Assembly: GCA_025451075.1 (NCBI GenBank)
Contig: JANWLA010000041.1
Location: forward strand, 68,315 to 132,314
Direction of reading: 5' to 3'
Origin: Nitrosotalea sp.
GTDB lineage: Archaea; Thermoproteota; Nitrososphaeria; Nitrososphaerales; Nitrosopumilaceae
Length of the DNA stretch: 64,000 nt
Below the pieces are notes generated by a model. The model was not told the DNA's origin. It worked only from the letters and a program-made list of their open reading frames with translations, and did not search any database. Both the position numbers and the translations under genes were made by a program. Shown here piece by piece: positions 49,764 through 59,275 of the stretch. Each line of letters starts with the position of its first letter. Within the stretch, counting starts at the first letter, position 1.

Positions 49764-49987
49764 GTATCTTCTTTTTTTGGGGCAGGCTTTCTGCGGAAAT
49801 ATACCGTGAATCCACCTCCAACTACAACCAGAATAATGAGTATAATCCAGAACTGGGTAGGATCTACATAATTCCACATCACAGGATCATTGCCAGGATC
49901 AACCTGGGCTTGAACATGGTGTATTGTTAATGAAAACAATACCAAGACAGCAATCAATCCAGTGTAACGGTTCATTAAAAGTATCAT
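49760..49987 (-). CDS. Small signal-peptide plus TM protein
   Basis: Signal peptide ending VQA, TM, RRK tail. Confidence 0.6.
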   Translation of the reverse strand: MILLMNRYTGLIAVLVLFSLTIHHVQAQVDPGNDPVMWNYVDPTQFWIILIILVVVGGGFTVYFRRKPAPKKEDT

Positions 49988-50161
49988 TTGGAATTGGCTA
50001 TAAAGAATTATGGATTATTATCCTATTTTGTTTTCTTGGGACAAATGATAATCATACCTAATGCATGTGCAAATCCAAGAGTTGAACGGTTACAAAATCT
50101 AGGCAAAGACAAAAGAGTGTCACAAAGATTTAGGACGGGTAGATAATGGGTATGTGTAAAC

Positions 50162-50494
50162 ATGTCAAAGATTAAAAATGTTGAAATCTTTCTAGTCAGA
50201 AACGCAACAAGAAAGATTGGAAAGTTTGATCGTAAATCAATCATAGTGCTGATTCTATTGCTATCTCCATATGCTGTAGGTGTCTTGACTCGTCAGTCAG
50301 CCTCTATCAGCGACCAAATTCCAAAAAGATTTCCCGCCTGTGACAGCTTTATTCATGGGCTATGCATTCCAACAATGTACATCCCCGTACCTTTAGGAGT
50401 TGGATTTTTAGTTATCAACTTGACTTCGTTTCTTTTGAGTGCATCATTGTTTATCACAGGTTTCTTTATAGTCAAAAAGAGATCAAATCGATAA
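50162..50494 (+). CDS. Membrane hypothetical protein
   Basis: Two hydrophobic segments with a Cys pair in the loop. Confidence 0.5.
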   Translation: MSKIKNVEIFLVRNATRKIGKFDRKSIIVLILLLSPYAVGVLTRQSASISDQIPKRFPACDSFIHGLCIPTMYIPVPLGVGFLVINLTSFLLSASLFITGFFIVKKRSNR

Positions 50495-50564
50495 TCTAGC
50501 TAGACATTGTTTCATACATTGAAAATATTTTAACAAATCCAGTATGTGAAAAATATAGATTGCC

Positions 50565-50852
50565 CTAATACAAAGATTCTACAGATTTCAAGACATCCCA
50601 TACGGGACTTACATGACCAAATTCATCAAAAGCAATTTGGCGTGCCTCTCGTATCTTTTTCTTGTTATCAGGATCATCTCTTAGCAAAACTACTAGATCT
50701 TCTAATCTATTTGCAAGTTTTGTTTGGTCTTCGCGGTCTACATTTTGGACAGATTTTACCTCATCACCTGTTAGAATTGTCAAGGGACTTTTTGATTTAG
50801 ACAGTGTTTTTATTATTTCATCAATTTTTAGTATAGTTTTATCTTTGTCCAA
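50565..50852 (-). CDS. Hypothetical protein
   Basis: 95-aa ORF with protein-like composition. Confidence 0.65.
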   Translation of the reverse strand: MDKDKTILKIDEIIKTLSKSKSPLTILTGDEVKSVQNVDREDQTKLANRLEDLVVLLRDDPDNKKKIREARQIAFDEFGHVSPVWDVLKSVESLY

Positions 50853-51238
50853 TAGATTTCATGGTAAAAAATCCATTATTTAAAGTGAGTTCTAATTTTC
50901 AAGGTAATTTCGGTAGTGTGCATTTTGGAGTAGCCTTCAATGTAGATGTCGTATACTTGCGGTGTTTGGCATTTGAAGTGGTGTAGTTGTACTTGTCTTT
51001 ACGGGTTGAGGTTCACGTGCTTGATGTGCTACAACTCCTGCAAAGCTGCTTCCACCATTTTGTACATAAGTTACCTATACCTTGTAGTTAGAATTCTGTG
51101 GCGATTGGTTATCAGATTTAGTTGGTACTAATGGGGACATTTTGACACATTATTATCTGGTACAAGTTAACCATTAGGACATTTCATTGTAGATGGTACA
51201 GTAAATGTAGTCTTTGCAGTATACTTTCAAATCTCAGA

Positions 51239-51273
51239 AAATTCTTTAATCGTTATAACTTTACAAATTTTCC
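51239..51273. repeat. 35-bp imperfect direct repeat, copy 1
   Basis: AAATTCTTTAATCGTTATAACTTTACAAATTTTCC; 31/35 identical to 51640-51674. Confidence 0.75.
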
Positions 51274-51319
51274 TGAATTATTATCACATCTTGTTTTCTT
51301 TATTCCCCAAGATGAGATT

Positions 51320-51535
51320 TCAAAACCATCCATGGCATTTAACATGCATCACCTTTAGATTTGTAAGGTTGTAGTTTGATGCATTTCCATCAACGTGATG
51401 AATGTTATACTCATCGTCATCGGTAATTGGTCGTTTACAGCGATAACACATGAAATTCTGACCTCGTGCAACTTGGATTTTGGTAGGACGCCTGAGCCTT
51501 TTTCGTGTCTTATTATTTCCAGAAAAGTTTGACAA
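51320..51535 (-). CDS. Minimal HNH endonuclease
   Basis: CYRC..IHHVDGNASNYNLTNLKVMHVKCH. Confidence 0.75.
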   Translation of the reverse strand: MSNFSGNNKTRKRLRRPTKIQVARGQNFMCYRCKRPITDDDEYNIHHVDGNASNYNLTNLKVMHVKCHGWF

Positions 51536-51639
51536 CTATACAGTTATGACATTTTTACAATATAGGTCTAGTTATTGTTTAAATGTCATTTTCAAATGAT
51601 TGCCTATTACTCCAAATCAAATCCTAGGCAATTTCCAGC

Positions 51640-51674
51640 AAATTCTTTTATTGTGATAACTTTGCAAATTTTCC
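51640..51674. repeat. 35-bp imperfect direct repeat, copy 2
   Basis: AAATTCTTTTATTGTGATAACTTTGCAAATTTTCC. Confidence 0.75.
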
Positions 51675-51833
51675 ACTGTAATTCTGAATGATCGATAAAT
51701 TTCTGCCTACAAATAGGACATTTAGTTTTCTCAAGCATTGATGTTTTTAGGCACAGGATGTTAAAAATCATTTTTGTGATCATTTAGAAAATCAGATGGT
51801 AATAGGGTAAATCTCAACACAAACAGGAAACGA

Positions 51834-52142
51834 ATGTGTTATAGTATAGCATCAATGGATACATGCGTGAAGTCAGACAGTAATTTAGCACCATGGAACA
51901 AGAAACATTTTGCCATCGTTACACTTGTTACTGTTGCATCGGTTGTTAGCATATTTGTTGCAAATAGTGTAATCTTCAAGAATCATTCTTCTGCCATCTT
52001 TTGGATAATACCATTTTTGATATGGATGGTCTTTAACTCAAAGAAAGGAACATTTGGAAAAAAATACTATGGTCCTATACCATGGTCAGCTGCAGTAGTG
52101 ATTAGTGCAATAGCTATAATATTTGCTAGCAGTACGAGATGA
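51834..52142 (+). CDS. Small membrane protein
   Basis: Three hydrophobic segments. Confidence 0.6.
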   Translation: MCYSIASMDTCVKSDSNLAPWNKKHFAIVTLVTVASVVSIFVANSVIFKNHSSAIFWIIPFLIWMVFNSKKGTFGKKYYGPIPWSAAVVISAIAIIFASSTR

Positions 52143-52280
52143 CAGTTTTCTAGATACATTCAATGTTAAATTACAAACAAAATAATTAGATCCTAATTAC
52201 ATTCTGATCTTAATTTCTTGGGTTCCAGAGTTTTATTATGCATGGTATGATTTAACTAGGAACTAGACATAGCAGAAATC

Positions 52281-52622
52281 ATGGAGAAGAAAGCATCTGG
52301 AATAGAAAGGTTTCTTGCCCCTTCGATAAATAAGATAGAGGAAGAAGTAAAGTCAATTCATTCTGAGATTAATACAGTAAAGACAAAAATAGATGAGACT
52401 GACAATAGGTTGACAAAGTTAGAAGAAGCGCACAAACGTTTTACAATCAAGATGGACAGGACTGATGATGGAATGACAACTGAATCCAAAGTCTTGTTTG
52501 ACAGTGTAAATGAGATGGGAAAGCAGAATAGTGATGAGATTGACGTTCTAAAACGCGCCATTGATGTTGCACAAAGAAGACTAGTTACCTTAGAGGCCAA
52601 AATGAAAGAGCTTGGCCAGTGA
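52281..52622 (+). CDS. Coiled-coil protein
   Basis: Heptad-rich 113-aa ORF. Confidence 0.65.
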   Translation: MEKKASGIERFLAPSINKIEEEVKSIHSEINTVKTKIDETDNRLTKLEEAHKRFTIKMDRTDDGMTTESKVLFDSVNEMGKQNSDEIDVLKRAIDVAQRRLVTLEAKMKELGQ

Positions 52623-52666
52623 CTTGATATCATAAAGGTTAAGATTAATCAAGACTATATCGTAGT

Positions 52667-52804
52667 ATGGATAGTAAGGAAAAAGAATTCAAGTGTAAGG
52701 AATGTGGTATGATATTCAATGATCGTGCACATTTTGATAGACATGTCCAAGTACACAAAACAAAACATAGTGGATTTGTACAAAAATGGTATTGGGAAAA
52801 CTGA
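52667..52804 (+). CDS. C2H2 zinc-finger microprotein (45 aa)
   Basis: Manual translation MDSKEKEFKCKECGMIFNDRAHFDRHVQVHKTKHSGFVQKWYWEN*. Confidence 0.75.
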   Translation: MDSKEKEFKCKECGMIFNDRAHFDRHVQVHKTKHSGFVQKWYWEN

Positions 52805-52861
52805 TCATATTTGAAAAACATAAAATGACTCTTATATGACAACATTAGGTAGAATAATTTA

Positions 52862-53044
52862 GTGCAAATACCGTTTGGGCTTTTAATTTTAGTTGGGTGC
52901 CTCTTAATTGGAATCTACGTGATGGCAGACTATCTCTTACCAGACGTGATTTGTAAAGTCATTCCTCGTGGTAATGTTAAATCTTATCTGGGGCAATACA
53001 ATTCAAATGTGCTCAGCGACATTTGTGCTGGAATAACTAGATAA
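52862..53044 (+). CDS. Small membrane-anchored protein
   Basis: N-terminal TM, Cys pair. Confidence 0.45.
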   Translation: MQIPFGLLILVGCLLIGIYVMADYLLPDVICKVIPRGNVKSYLGQYNSNVLSDICAGITR

Positions 53045-53336
53045 CTTTTCAAAAATACATTGCAAGAATAGACATACCAAGCAAAATAATATTTTACAAA
53101 AGAGTTGGAGTGCATATACTTTTTTGTCGACAGCGAGTAAAAATAAAATCCCCCGATTTCATGCCTGAATAGTTAGCGATTCACAGCATACTGAACAGTA
53201 TGATAAATAAAACAAAAAATAAAAGCAGATTACGTTAGGACGATGAGCAAATCATTGACTGTAGACTTGTGCAATCATAGTGACGGGAAACAAGTATGGT
53301 ATTGGTCTTGGCTATTTTTTTGCAGATAAATTATAG

Positions 53337-54083
53337 TTAAACGGCTGGTTTACCTTCTTTTAACGCGGTTTTCTTTTTTCTAAATCGGTTCCCCCATTTT
53401 GCATATACTACGACAAGGATAACGCCTGCAATAGGAAGTCCAATAAATGCCAGTTGATCCCAAGAGCTAAAGATGGGATTTGTTGCAGGTTGAATTACAG
53501 ATATTGTTGGCTGGATTCCAGAGGGGTTATCATATACAATAGTAGAATATTGTGTGGAATAGTCCTTGCCTCCAATCTTTTCAAATTCAAATTGTACAGG
53601 TCCTGCTTGCTTGAATACAAAATACTTGTAGTCTCCTCCCTGTTGAGTGGCTCCATCTATACTAAAAATCTCATTTCCGTTTTGTAATATTACAAAATGA
53701 TATGCAGTTGGAGGCATTGTAAGCGAGGTATTAGGATCGTAAAACTGGAAAATAAAAGTAGTCTTTTCACCTGTAAGAATAACACCAGGCGACCATGTAA
53801 GGTCTGATTCAACCTCTTTACCAGGCGTAGTCTGCACTAACGGAAAGTTGACTAATTTAGCTCCAAGTGCATCAGTGGGATAATCTGGAATCTTTTGGCT
53901 AACTATTGCGTCTCCCACGGTTTTAGATGTTACAGAGGATTGACTAGCTGTAGATGGTGTGTTACTGGATTGAGAAAAGACTGGTTGCGAAGCAATTAGA
54001 ATAATTGTCAGTACAAAGATGCCCAATATGGCCCCCATTGTTGACTTCATTGTTAGTTTGTTGGGGTCAATTGTATTAAACAA
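53337..54083 (-). CDS. Secreted, C-terminally anchored surface protein
   Basis: Signal peptide, beta-rich domain (FIFQFYDP..YHFVILQNG), TM and basic tail. Confidence 0.75.
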   Translation of the reverse strand: MFNTIDPNKLTMKSTMGAILGIFVLTIILIASQPVFSQSSNTPSTASQSSVTSKTVGDAIVSQKIPDYPTDALGAKLVNFPLVQTTPGKEVESDLTWSPGVILTGEKTTFIFQFYDPNTSLTMPPTAYHFVILQNGNEIFSIDGATQQGGDYKYFVFKQAGPVQFEFEKIGGKDYSTQYSTIVYDNPSGIQPTISVIQPATNPIFSSWDQLAFIGLPIAGVILVVVYAKWGNRFRKKKTALKEGKPAV

Positions 54084-54198
54084 CGCTCACATTTTTGTCT
54101 GCTTTACATACAAATTTGTTAGTATCATCTTGATGCGTAAAAAATCTGTTAGGACGTGCAGTGTGATGATTCAAAAATAAAAAAGAATGTTTGGTGTA

Positions 54199-54951
54199 TT
54201 ATGATCGTATGTCGCCAGAATTTCCACCATCGGCAAAATTGTAGTTACACCAGTGATTGACAGATGTACTTGATTGGAATTCTGAATCCAGTGTGTATGA
54301 CCATCCCCAATGTGGTTCAGCAAAATTATTGAACCCACTAAAGTAGGCGGTTGTCCAATCAAATGTTGGGACAGCACCTGTTTGACCATTTCCATATGTC
54401 TTAAGGAGAATATCGCTCATGGTCCCACCAAAGTTGAATATTCCAATATTCCCACTTGTTGGTTGGCTACCAGGTGCAAATGTTCCTGTAAATGTTCCCA
54501 CATATCCTCCCTCTATACCACCAAATGCTGATTCTACCTGGAGGCTAGTTGCATTTGGGCTTGGACCACTAGTTGGTGCCGCAAATATGCCATCATATGT
54601 TTTTAATGCATAAAATGAGCCATCTGCTAATTTCCACACCTTTAGATGTTCATTGAAATGGTCAAGAGCCCAATATCCACCAATGCCAGAATCTTCATCA
54701 TTTTTTACAATAAATGTTATGTCCAAAATTTTTGTAGTGCCTTTTAGAGACGGTTGTTTCAAAAAGCCTTGACTTGGACATATGTTTTTCTTGTCAAAAT
54801 CATGATGATGGTCACTTTTAATTGGTCTTGATTTCTCGTCTTTATCAGATAATGCATTTGCGGTGTAACCTGTTCCTGATAGTCCGGTTGATGTCATTAA
54901 AGACAATATCAGAATACTTGCTAATGCTGTGATGTATAGTATTTTAGTCAT
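54199..54951 (-). CDS. Secreted hypothetical protein
   Basis: Signal peptide; NDEDSG..YWALD domain. Confidence 0.72.
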   Translation of the reverse strand: MTKILYITALASILILSLMTSTGLSGTGYTANALSDKDEKSRPIKSDHHHDFDKKNICPSQGFLKQPSLKGTTKILDITFIVKNDEDSGIGGYWALDHFNEHLKVWKLADGSFYALKTYDGIFAAPTSGPSPNATSLQVESAFGGIEGGYVGTFTGTFAPGSQPTSGNIGIFNFGGTMSDILLKTYGNGQTGAVPTFDWTTAYFSGFNNFAEPHWGWSYTLDSEFQSSTSVNHWCNYNFADGGNSGDIRS

Positions 54952-55127
54952 TACAGTTTATTTTTAGTACATCTATTAAGTCTCGTGTACATTTGTGTCT
55001 GGTTTGCATACAAGTTTGTTAATATTATGGATAGACCGAAATAAAAAAATAAAATTTTTTGCCTTGATTGAGAATCCATAACCTTTGATGAATTTTACGC
55101 TGTAATGATTTTGTTTTCCCCTGAGAG

Positions 55128-55748
55128 TCAATCCAATCCCATTTGACTTCTTCTACTTTTGTAGGTGTGACAATTAGGACATAGCATCTGACAATTATGT
55201 GGACTATCATCAGATCTATCCCCATTTTTATGATCTGCATCCCATGTTTTTGAAAATTCACCACACATTGCACATTTTACACCTTGTCGCATCAAAGTTT
55301 GATGTTGTACATCTTTGGAAAAACTTCTTCTTGGCAAAGGCACTCTAACGTATTCTCCAGTAGTTTGAGATGTAGTCCTACCTTTTGGAATTACTTTTAC
55401 CAATACAAAAACCACAATTAGAATTACAATTCCTACCCAGATGTATGGGCTATTTGGAGTGGAATTGCTGGGCGATGAATTGTTTTGAACATTGGAGGAA
55501 GGAGAACTGCTAGAATGCGAAGTCGTTGGAGGTATAACATTTGTCTTAGGAGCTGGCACGGCATTAATTTGTGGAGGAGAATTATTAGGAGAATATGGCT
55601 GAGAAGTTGCGGGAGGAGATCCTGACTGTTCAAAATTACGATAATTATTCAGTATTTTTTCACTTTCTTGGGTTAATGCAAAAGTTTGTGGAAGAATTAT
55701 CCCTATGAGTAAGATCGATATCGAAAACATGATGGAAGTTTTCAACAA
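55128..55748 (-). CDS. Membrane-anchored HNH endonuclease domain protein
   Basis: Signal peptide, P/S-rich linker, TM (IWVGIVILIVVFVLV), CAMC..DADHKNG..NCQMLCPNCH. Confidence 0.8.
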   Translation of the reverse strand: MLKTSIMFSISILLIGIILPQTFALTQESEKILNNYRNFEQSGSPPATSQPYSPNNSPPQINAVPAPKTNVIPPTTSHSSSSPSSNVQNNSSPSNSTPNSPYIWVGIVILIVVFVLVKVIPKGRTTSQTTGEYVRVPLPRRSFSKDVQHQTLMRQGVKCAMCGEFSKTWDADHKNGDRSDDSPHNCQMLCPNCHTYKSRRSQMGLD

Positions 55749-55854
55749 ATAAAGAAAATACTTGCATCACTTAAATAATTTCCAACAAATCATACTGACA
55801 TCATAATTCTAGTCATAACGGATTTTTCAAACGTGAAAAGGGGGGATTGTCTTT

Positions 55855-58047
55855 TTATTCGCTGTCGACGTACTCGTCTGGAGTTGGTACTTCTGGTGCC
55901 AATCCCTTTCTCTTTCGGATATCACCAATTACTTTGGTCAAAATAGAGTTTGGAACTGGAGTCCATGCCTTGAAGTGAGTGTTCCACATGGCACGACCTG
56001 CAGTCTGTCCACGCATTATCTCGGACAAGTCAAATGTTTCAGATGCTGGAAGCTCACCTGATATGATATGTATGACACCTTTTTGTTCCATGTTTAGCAC
56101 CTTGCCCCTCTTGCCAGATATTACACCTGCTACGTTACCAATCATTTCCTGCGGTACACGAACTTCGATTCCAAGCATTGGCTCGAGCAATACAGGATTA
56201 GACAAAAGCATGACACCGGTACAGGCTCTTCTTGAAGCAGGTCCCAACTGGGACAAGCCTCTGTGAGCTGGATCCTCGTGTGGAACGAAATGATGGAATG
56301 TAAACTTGCATCCCCTTACCTGTTCTCTTGCAAGTGGACCCTCCTTTACAGAATCTTCAAAGCCAGATAGTATAGAATCAGTAGATTCCCCTACAAACTG
56401 GACACCTTTGGTTCCATCTACTACGACATTACCTCTAATATCAAATCTCATAACACGTTTTGCCTCATCGCCATCCCAACCCGCAGCCTTGAGTATAGTA
56501 GCAACTTCTTTTTTGTCCTTGTATTCGTTTAGTGTTCCGTTTCGTATCATCTCAGCAATCTTTTCATCCAATGGTTCTACCTTCATGAAGATCTTGTTGT
56601 GTCGGTTTGGTGATTTTGACATGATAGGTCCTGCAGAACTGCGAATTGTCTCTCTATAGTTGATCAATGGTTGTGATGTAATAATTTCTACTTTGGCATC
56701 TGCAATCAGTGCAGTTGCAATTTCAAGGTGTAGCACACCCATGCCAGCAATTACAGTCTCACCTGATTCTTCATTGATTTTTACAACCAGGTTAGGATCT
56801 TCTATTGTAATACGGTTTAACGCTTCAACTAGTTTTGGCAAGTCCTTTGGATGTTTTGGTTCTACTGCAATTTGTACAACAGGTTCTGATACATAATGAA
56901 TTCCTTCAAATGCCTGGATACCTGCAATGGATGACAAAGTCTGACCTGCTCTTGCGTGTTCCAGTCCAAGCAAAGCTGGAATGTTTCCTGCTGCGAGCTC
57001 TCCGACCATTTCTCTTTGGTTGCCCATGAAAAAGTTGACAGATTGTACCCTGCCTTCTCGTTTTGTATCAATCAAATGTATTCTATCACCGTCTTTTATT
57101 TTTCCAGAGAACAGACGCCCTATTGCAACAGGACCTGCCGCTGGGTCTACTGTCATGTTCACAATCATCATTACAGTGGGACCGTTGTCATCGCAGTTTA
57201 GAAGTGCTTTACCAATATCAGATTCCAAATCTCCCTTCCAGATCTTCGGAATCCTATATTTTTGTGCAACATCAGGAGATGGATGATGTTTTACAACCAT
57301 TCCAAGTACTGCATCATACAATGGAGCTTTTTCTGCCAATTTTTTGACATCGCCACCCTCAGAATATGCTTCGTAAATATCCTTAAACGAAATTCCTTTT
57401 TTCTTCATTACATCTGCGTTAAATCCCCACTTGTCCTTTGCAGAACCAAATGAGACACTTCCGTCCTGGATGCTTACCTTCCATTTTTCCTTGTACTCAG
57501 GTTCTGCGTAAATGTCAATTAATCTATTAAAGTTGGTAATAATTTCAAGCAACCATTCTTGCATCTTCTCTGGTGGCAATCGTAATTCCTTGATAAGACG
57601 ATCAATTTTATTAATATACAAAACAGGCTTTACTCTTTCTTCTAATGCCTGGCGAGTTACAGTCTCTGTTTGTGTCATGATACCTTCAACAGAATCTGAT
57701 ACGACTACTGCACCGTCAATTGCTCTAAGACTTCGAGTTACTCTACCAGTAAAGTCAATGTGTCCTGGAGTATCTATCATGTTGATTACATATTCCTGTC
57801 CGTTTTGTTCATAAAGTAAAGTAACGTTTGCCTGGACGATTGTCATCTGTCTGTCTTGTTCAAGTTTCATGGAATCAAGTGCAAGGGCTTGGCCTGCAAC
57901 AGATGGACTGATAATTCCACTTGAAGCTAAAAGGCTGTCACTCATGGTTGTCTTGCCGTGGTCTACGTGAGCAATGACTCCAAAGTTACGAATGTTCTTT
58001 TTGTTACCAATAATGCTCAAAATTTGATCTGTCGCCTTGAATTTCAT
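55855..58047 (-). CDS. fusA: Translation elongation factor EF-2
   Basis: AHVDHGKTT, DTPGH, NKID, HEDPAHRG diphthamide loop. Confidence 0.98.
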   Translation of the reverse strand: MKFKATDQILSIIGNKKNIRNFGVIAHVDHGKTTMSDSLLASSGIISPSVAGQALALDSMKLEQDRQMTIVQANVTLLYEQNGQEYVINMIDTPGHIDFTGRVTRSLRAIDGAVVVSDSVEGIMTQTETVTRQALEERVKPVLYINKIDRLIKELRLPPEKMQEWLLEIITNFNRLIDIYAEPEYKEKWKVSIQDGSVSFGSAKDKWGFNADVMKKKGISFKDIYEAYSEGGDVKKLAEKAPLYDAVLGMVVKHHPSPDVAQKYRIPKIWKGDLESDIGKALLNCDDNGPTVMMIVNMTVDPAAGPVAIGRLFSGKIKDGDRIHLIDTKREGRVQSVNFFMGNQREMVGELAAGNIPALLGLEHARAGQTLSSIAGIQAFEGIHYVSEPVVQIAVEPKHPKDLPKLVEALNRITIEDPNLVVKINEESGETVIAGMGVLHLEIATALIADAKVEIITSQPLINYRETIRSSAGPIMSKSPNRHNKIFMKVEPLDEKIAEMIRNGTLNEYKDKKEVATILKAAGWDGDEAKRVMRFDIRGNVVVDGTKGVQFVGESTDSILSGFEDSVKEGPLAREQVRGCKFTFHHFVPHEDPAHRGLSQLGPASRRACTGVMLLSNPVLLEPMLGIEVRVPQEMIGNVAGVISGKRGKVLNMEQKGVIHIISGELPASETFDLSEIMRGQTAGRAMWNTHFKAWTPVPNSILTKVIGDIRKRKGLAPEVPTPDEYVDSE

Positions 58048-58299
58048 GGTTTAGCTAAATCCTTTTCTAGCCGCTATTAAACGTTTAGAAGAATTATAAA
58101 AAAAATCAATGGATCATGGAAGATCTAGATCCTTAGATTTTTCCACCAAGATCATGTTTTGATTTTATCACACCAAGATGACAAGATTTTCAGACATTAA
58201 AAAAATAGCAATGGTGTAGATCTCATTTTATGATAGTTGAAAATTTCAAGTAACATTTGGAAACTTGATTTTTATTATAGGGCACGAAAACCAACTCTT

Positions 58300-59121
58300 G
58301 TGGATATTACAATAGGGCACACACCTGATGCTGATGATGCTTTTATGTTCTATGGGATGTTGAGTGGTAAAGTCACCTCTCCTCACTTTAACGTAAAACA
58401 TGTTGTAGAGGATATTGAGACTTTGAACAAACTTTCCTTGAAGCACGAGCTTGATGTTACAGCAGTATCGGCCCATGCATGTGCATATCTTGACAAGTAT
58501 ACCATACTGCGAAGTGGCGGAAGCTTTGGCAAGGGTTATGGCCCAATCGTAGTTGCAAAACAAGACCTAGATATAGAAAAATTACGAAAATCCAAGATTG
58601 CAATTCCAGGAAAACTTACTTCGGCATTTCTTCTTTTAGAGTTGATGATTGGCAAGTTTGATTATACAGAAATGAAATTCAGCGACATCCCAGATGCAGT
58701 TGCAAGCGGCGAAGTAGATGCTGGCCTTGTAATACATGAGGGGCAGATTACATATGATCAAAAAAATCTAGTAAAGCTACTTGATGTCGGTTCGTGGTGG
58801 AGAGACAGCACAGGAGGCTTGCCTGTTCCGCTTGGGGTCAATGTCATGAGCAATCATTTTGGAGTTGAAACAATCAAAAAATTTGATGAATTCTTTAGAG
58901 AGTCAATCGTATACGGGATGGCAAGGCCTGCTGAAGCACTAGACTATGCAATGCAGTATGGTAGGGGGCAGTCAAAGGAAACAATTGATAGATTTGTTCG
59001 AATGTATGTCAACGACGTAACAATAGAGATGGGAATACTCGGAGAGCAAGCAATCAGAAACTTGTTCAAGTTTGGAATAGAAAAGGGTCTTGTTCCAGAA
59101 TTTGAGCTTCGCATAGCTTAA
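58300..59121 (+). CDS. mqnD: 1,4-dihydroxy-6-naphthoate synthase (futalosine pathway)
   Basis: GHTPDADDAFMF, DIETLN, GYGP, IHEGQ, LPVPLG, MYVN; GTG start at 58300. Confidence 0.88.
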   Translation: MDITIGHTPDADDAFMFYGMLSGKVTSPHFNVKHVVEDIETLNKLSLKHELDVTAVSAHACAYLDKYTILRSGGSFGKGYGPIVVAKQDLDIEKLRKSKIAIPGKLTSAFLLLELMIGKFDYTEMKFSDIPDAVASGEVDAGLVIHEGQITYDQKNLVKLLDVGSWWRDSTGGLPVPLGVNVMSNHFGVETIKKFDEFFRESIVYGMARPAEALDYAMQYGRGQSKETIDRFVRMYVNDVTIEMGILGEQAIRNLFKFGIEKGLVPEFELRIA

Positions 59122-59123
59122 GT

Positions 59124-59275
59124 GGTTCTGTCAACTTGATGGTTCATGCTTGAACCTCAACTAACTTGCTTCCATCTACTCGAAGGATTAGTGGCTGTAA
59201 GTATTCCACGTTCCCATTCATCGCTTCAACTAAAAGCCCTCCAGGATGGCAAAACCTACTCCACCCCTTGTAAGC
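59124..59275 (-). ncRNA. Putative omega/reRNA scaffold overlapping the tnpB 3' end
   Basis: Inferred from TnpB biology: post-RuvC tail and element end ..GTTGACAGAACC; boundaries approximate. Confidence 0.5.

Noticed and set aside
55979-57814. Many plus-strand ORFs inside fusA, and similar shadow ORFs in other genes
   Set aside because: Antisense shadows of well-supported genes.
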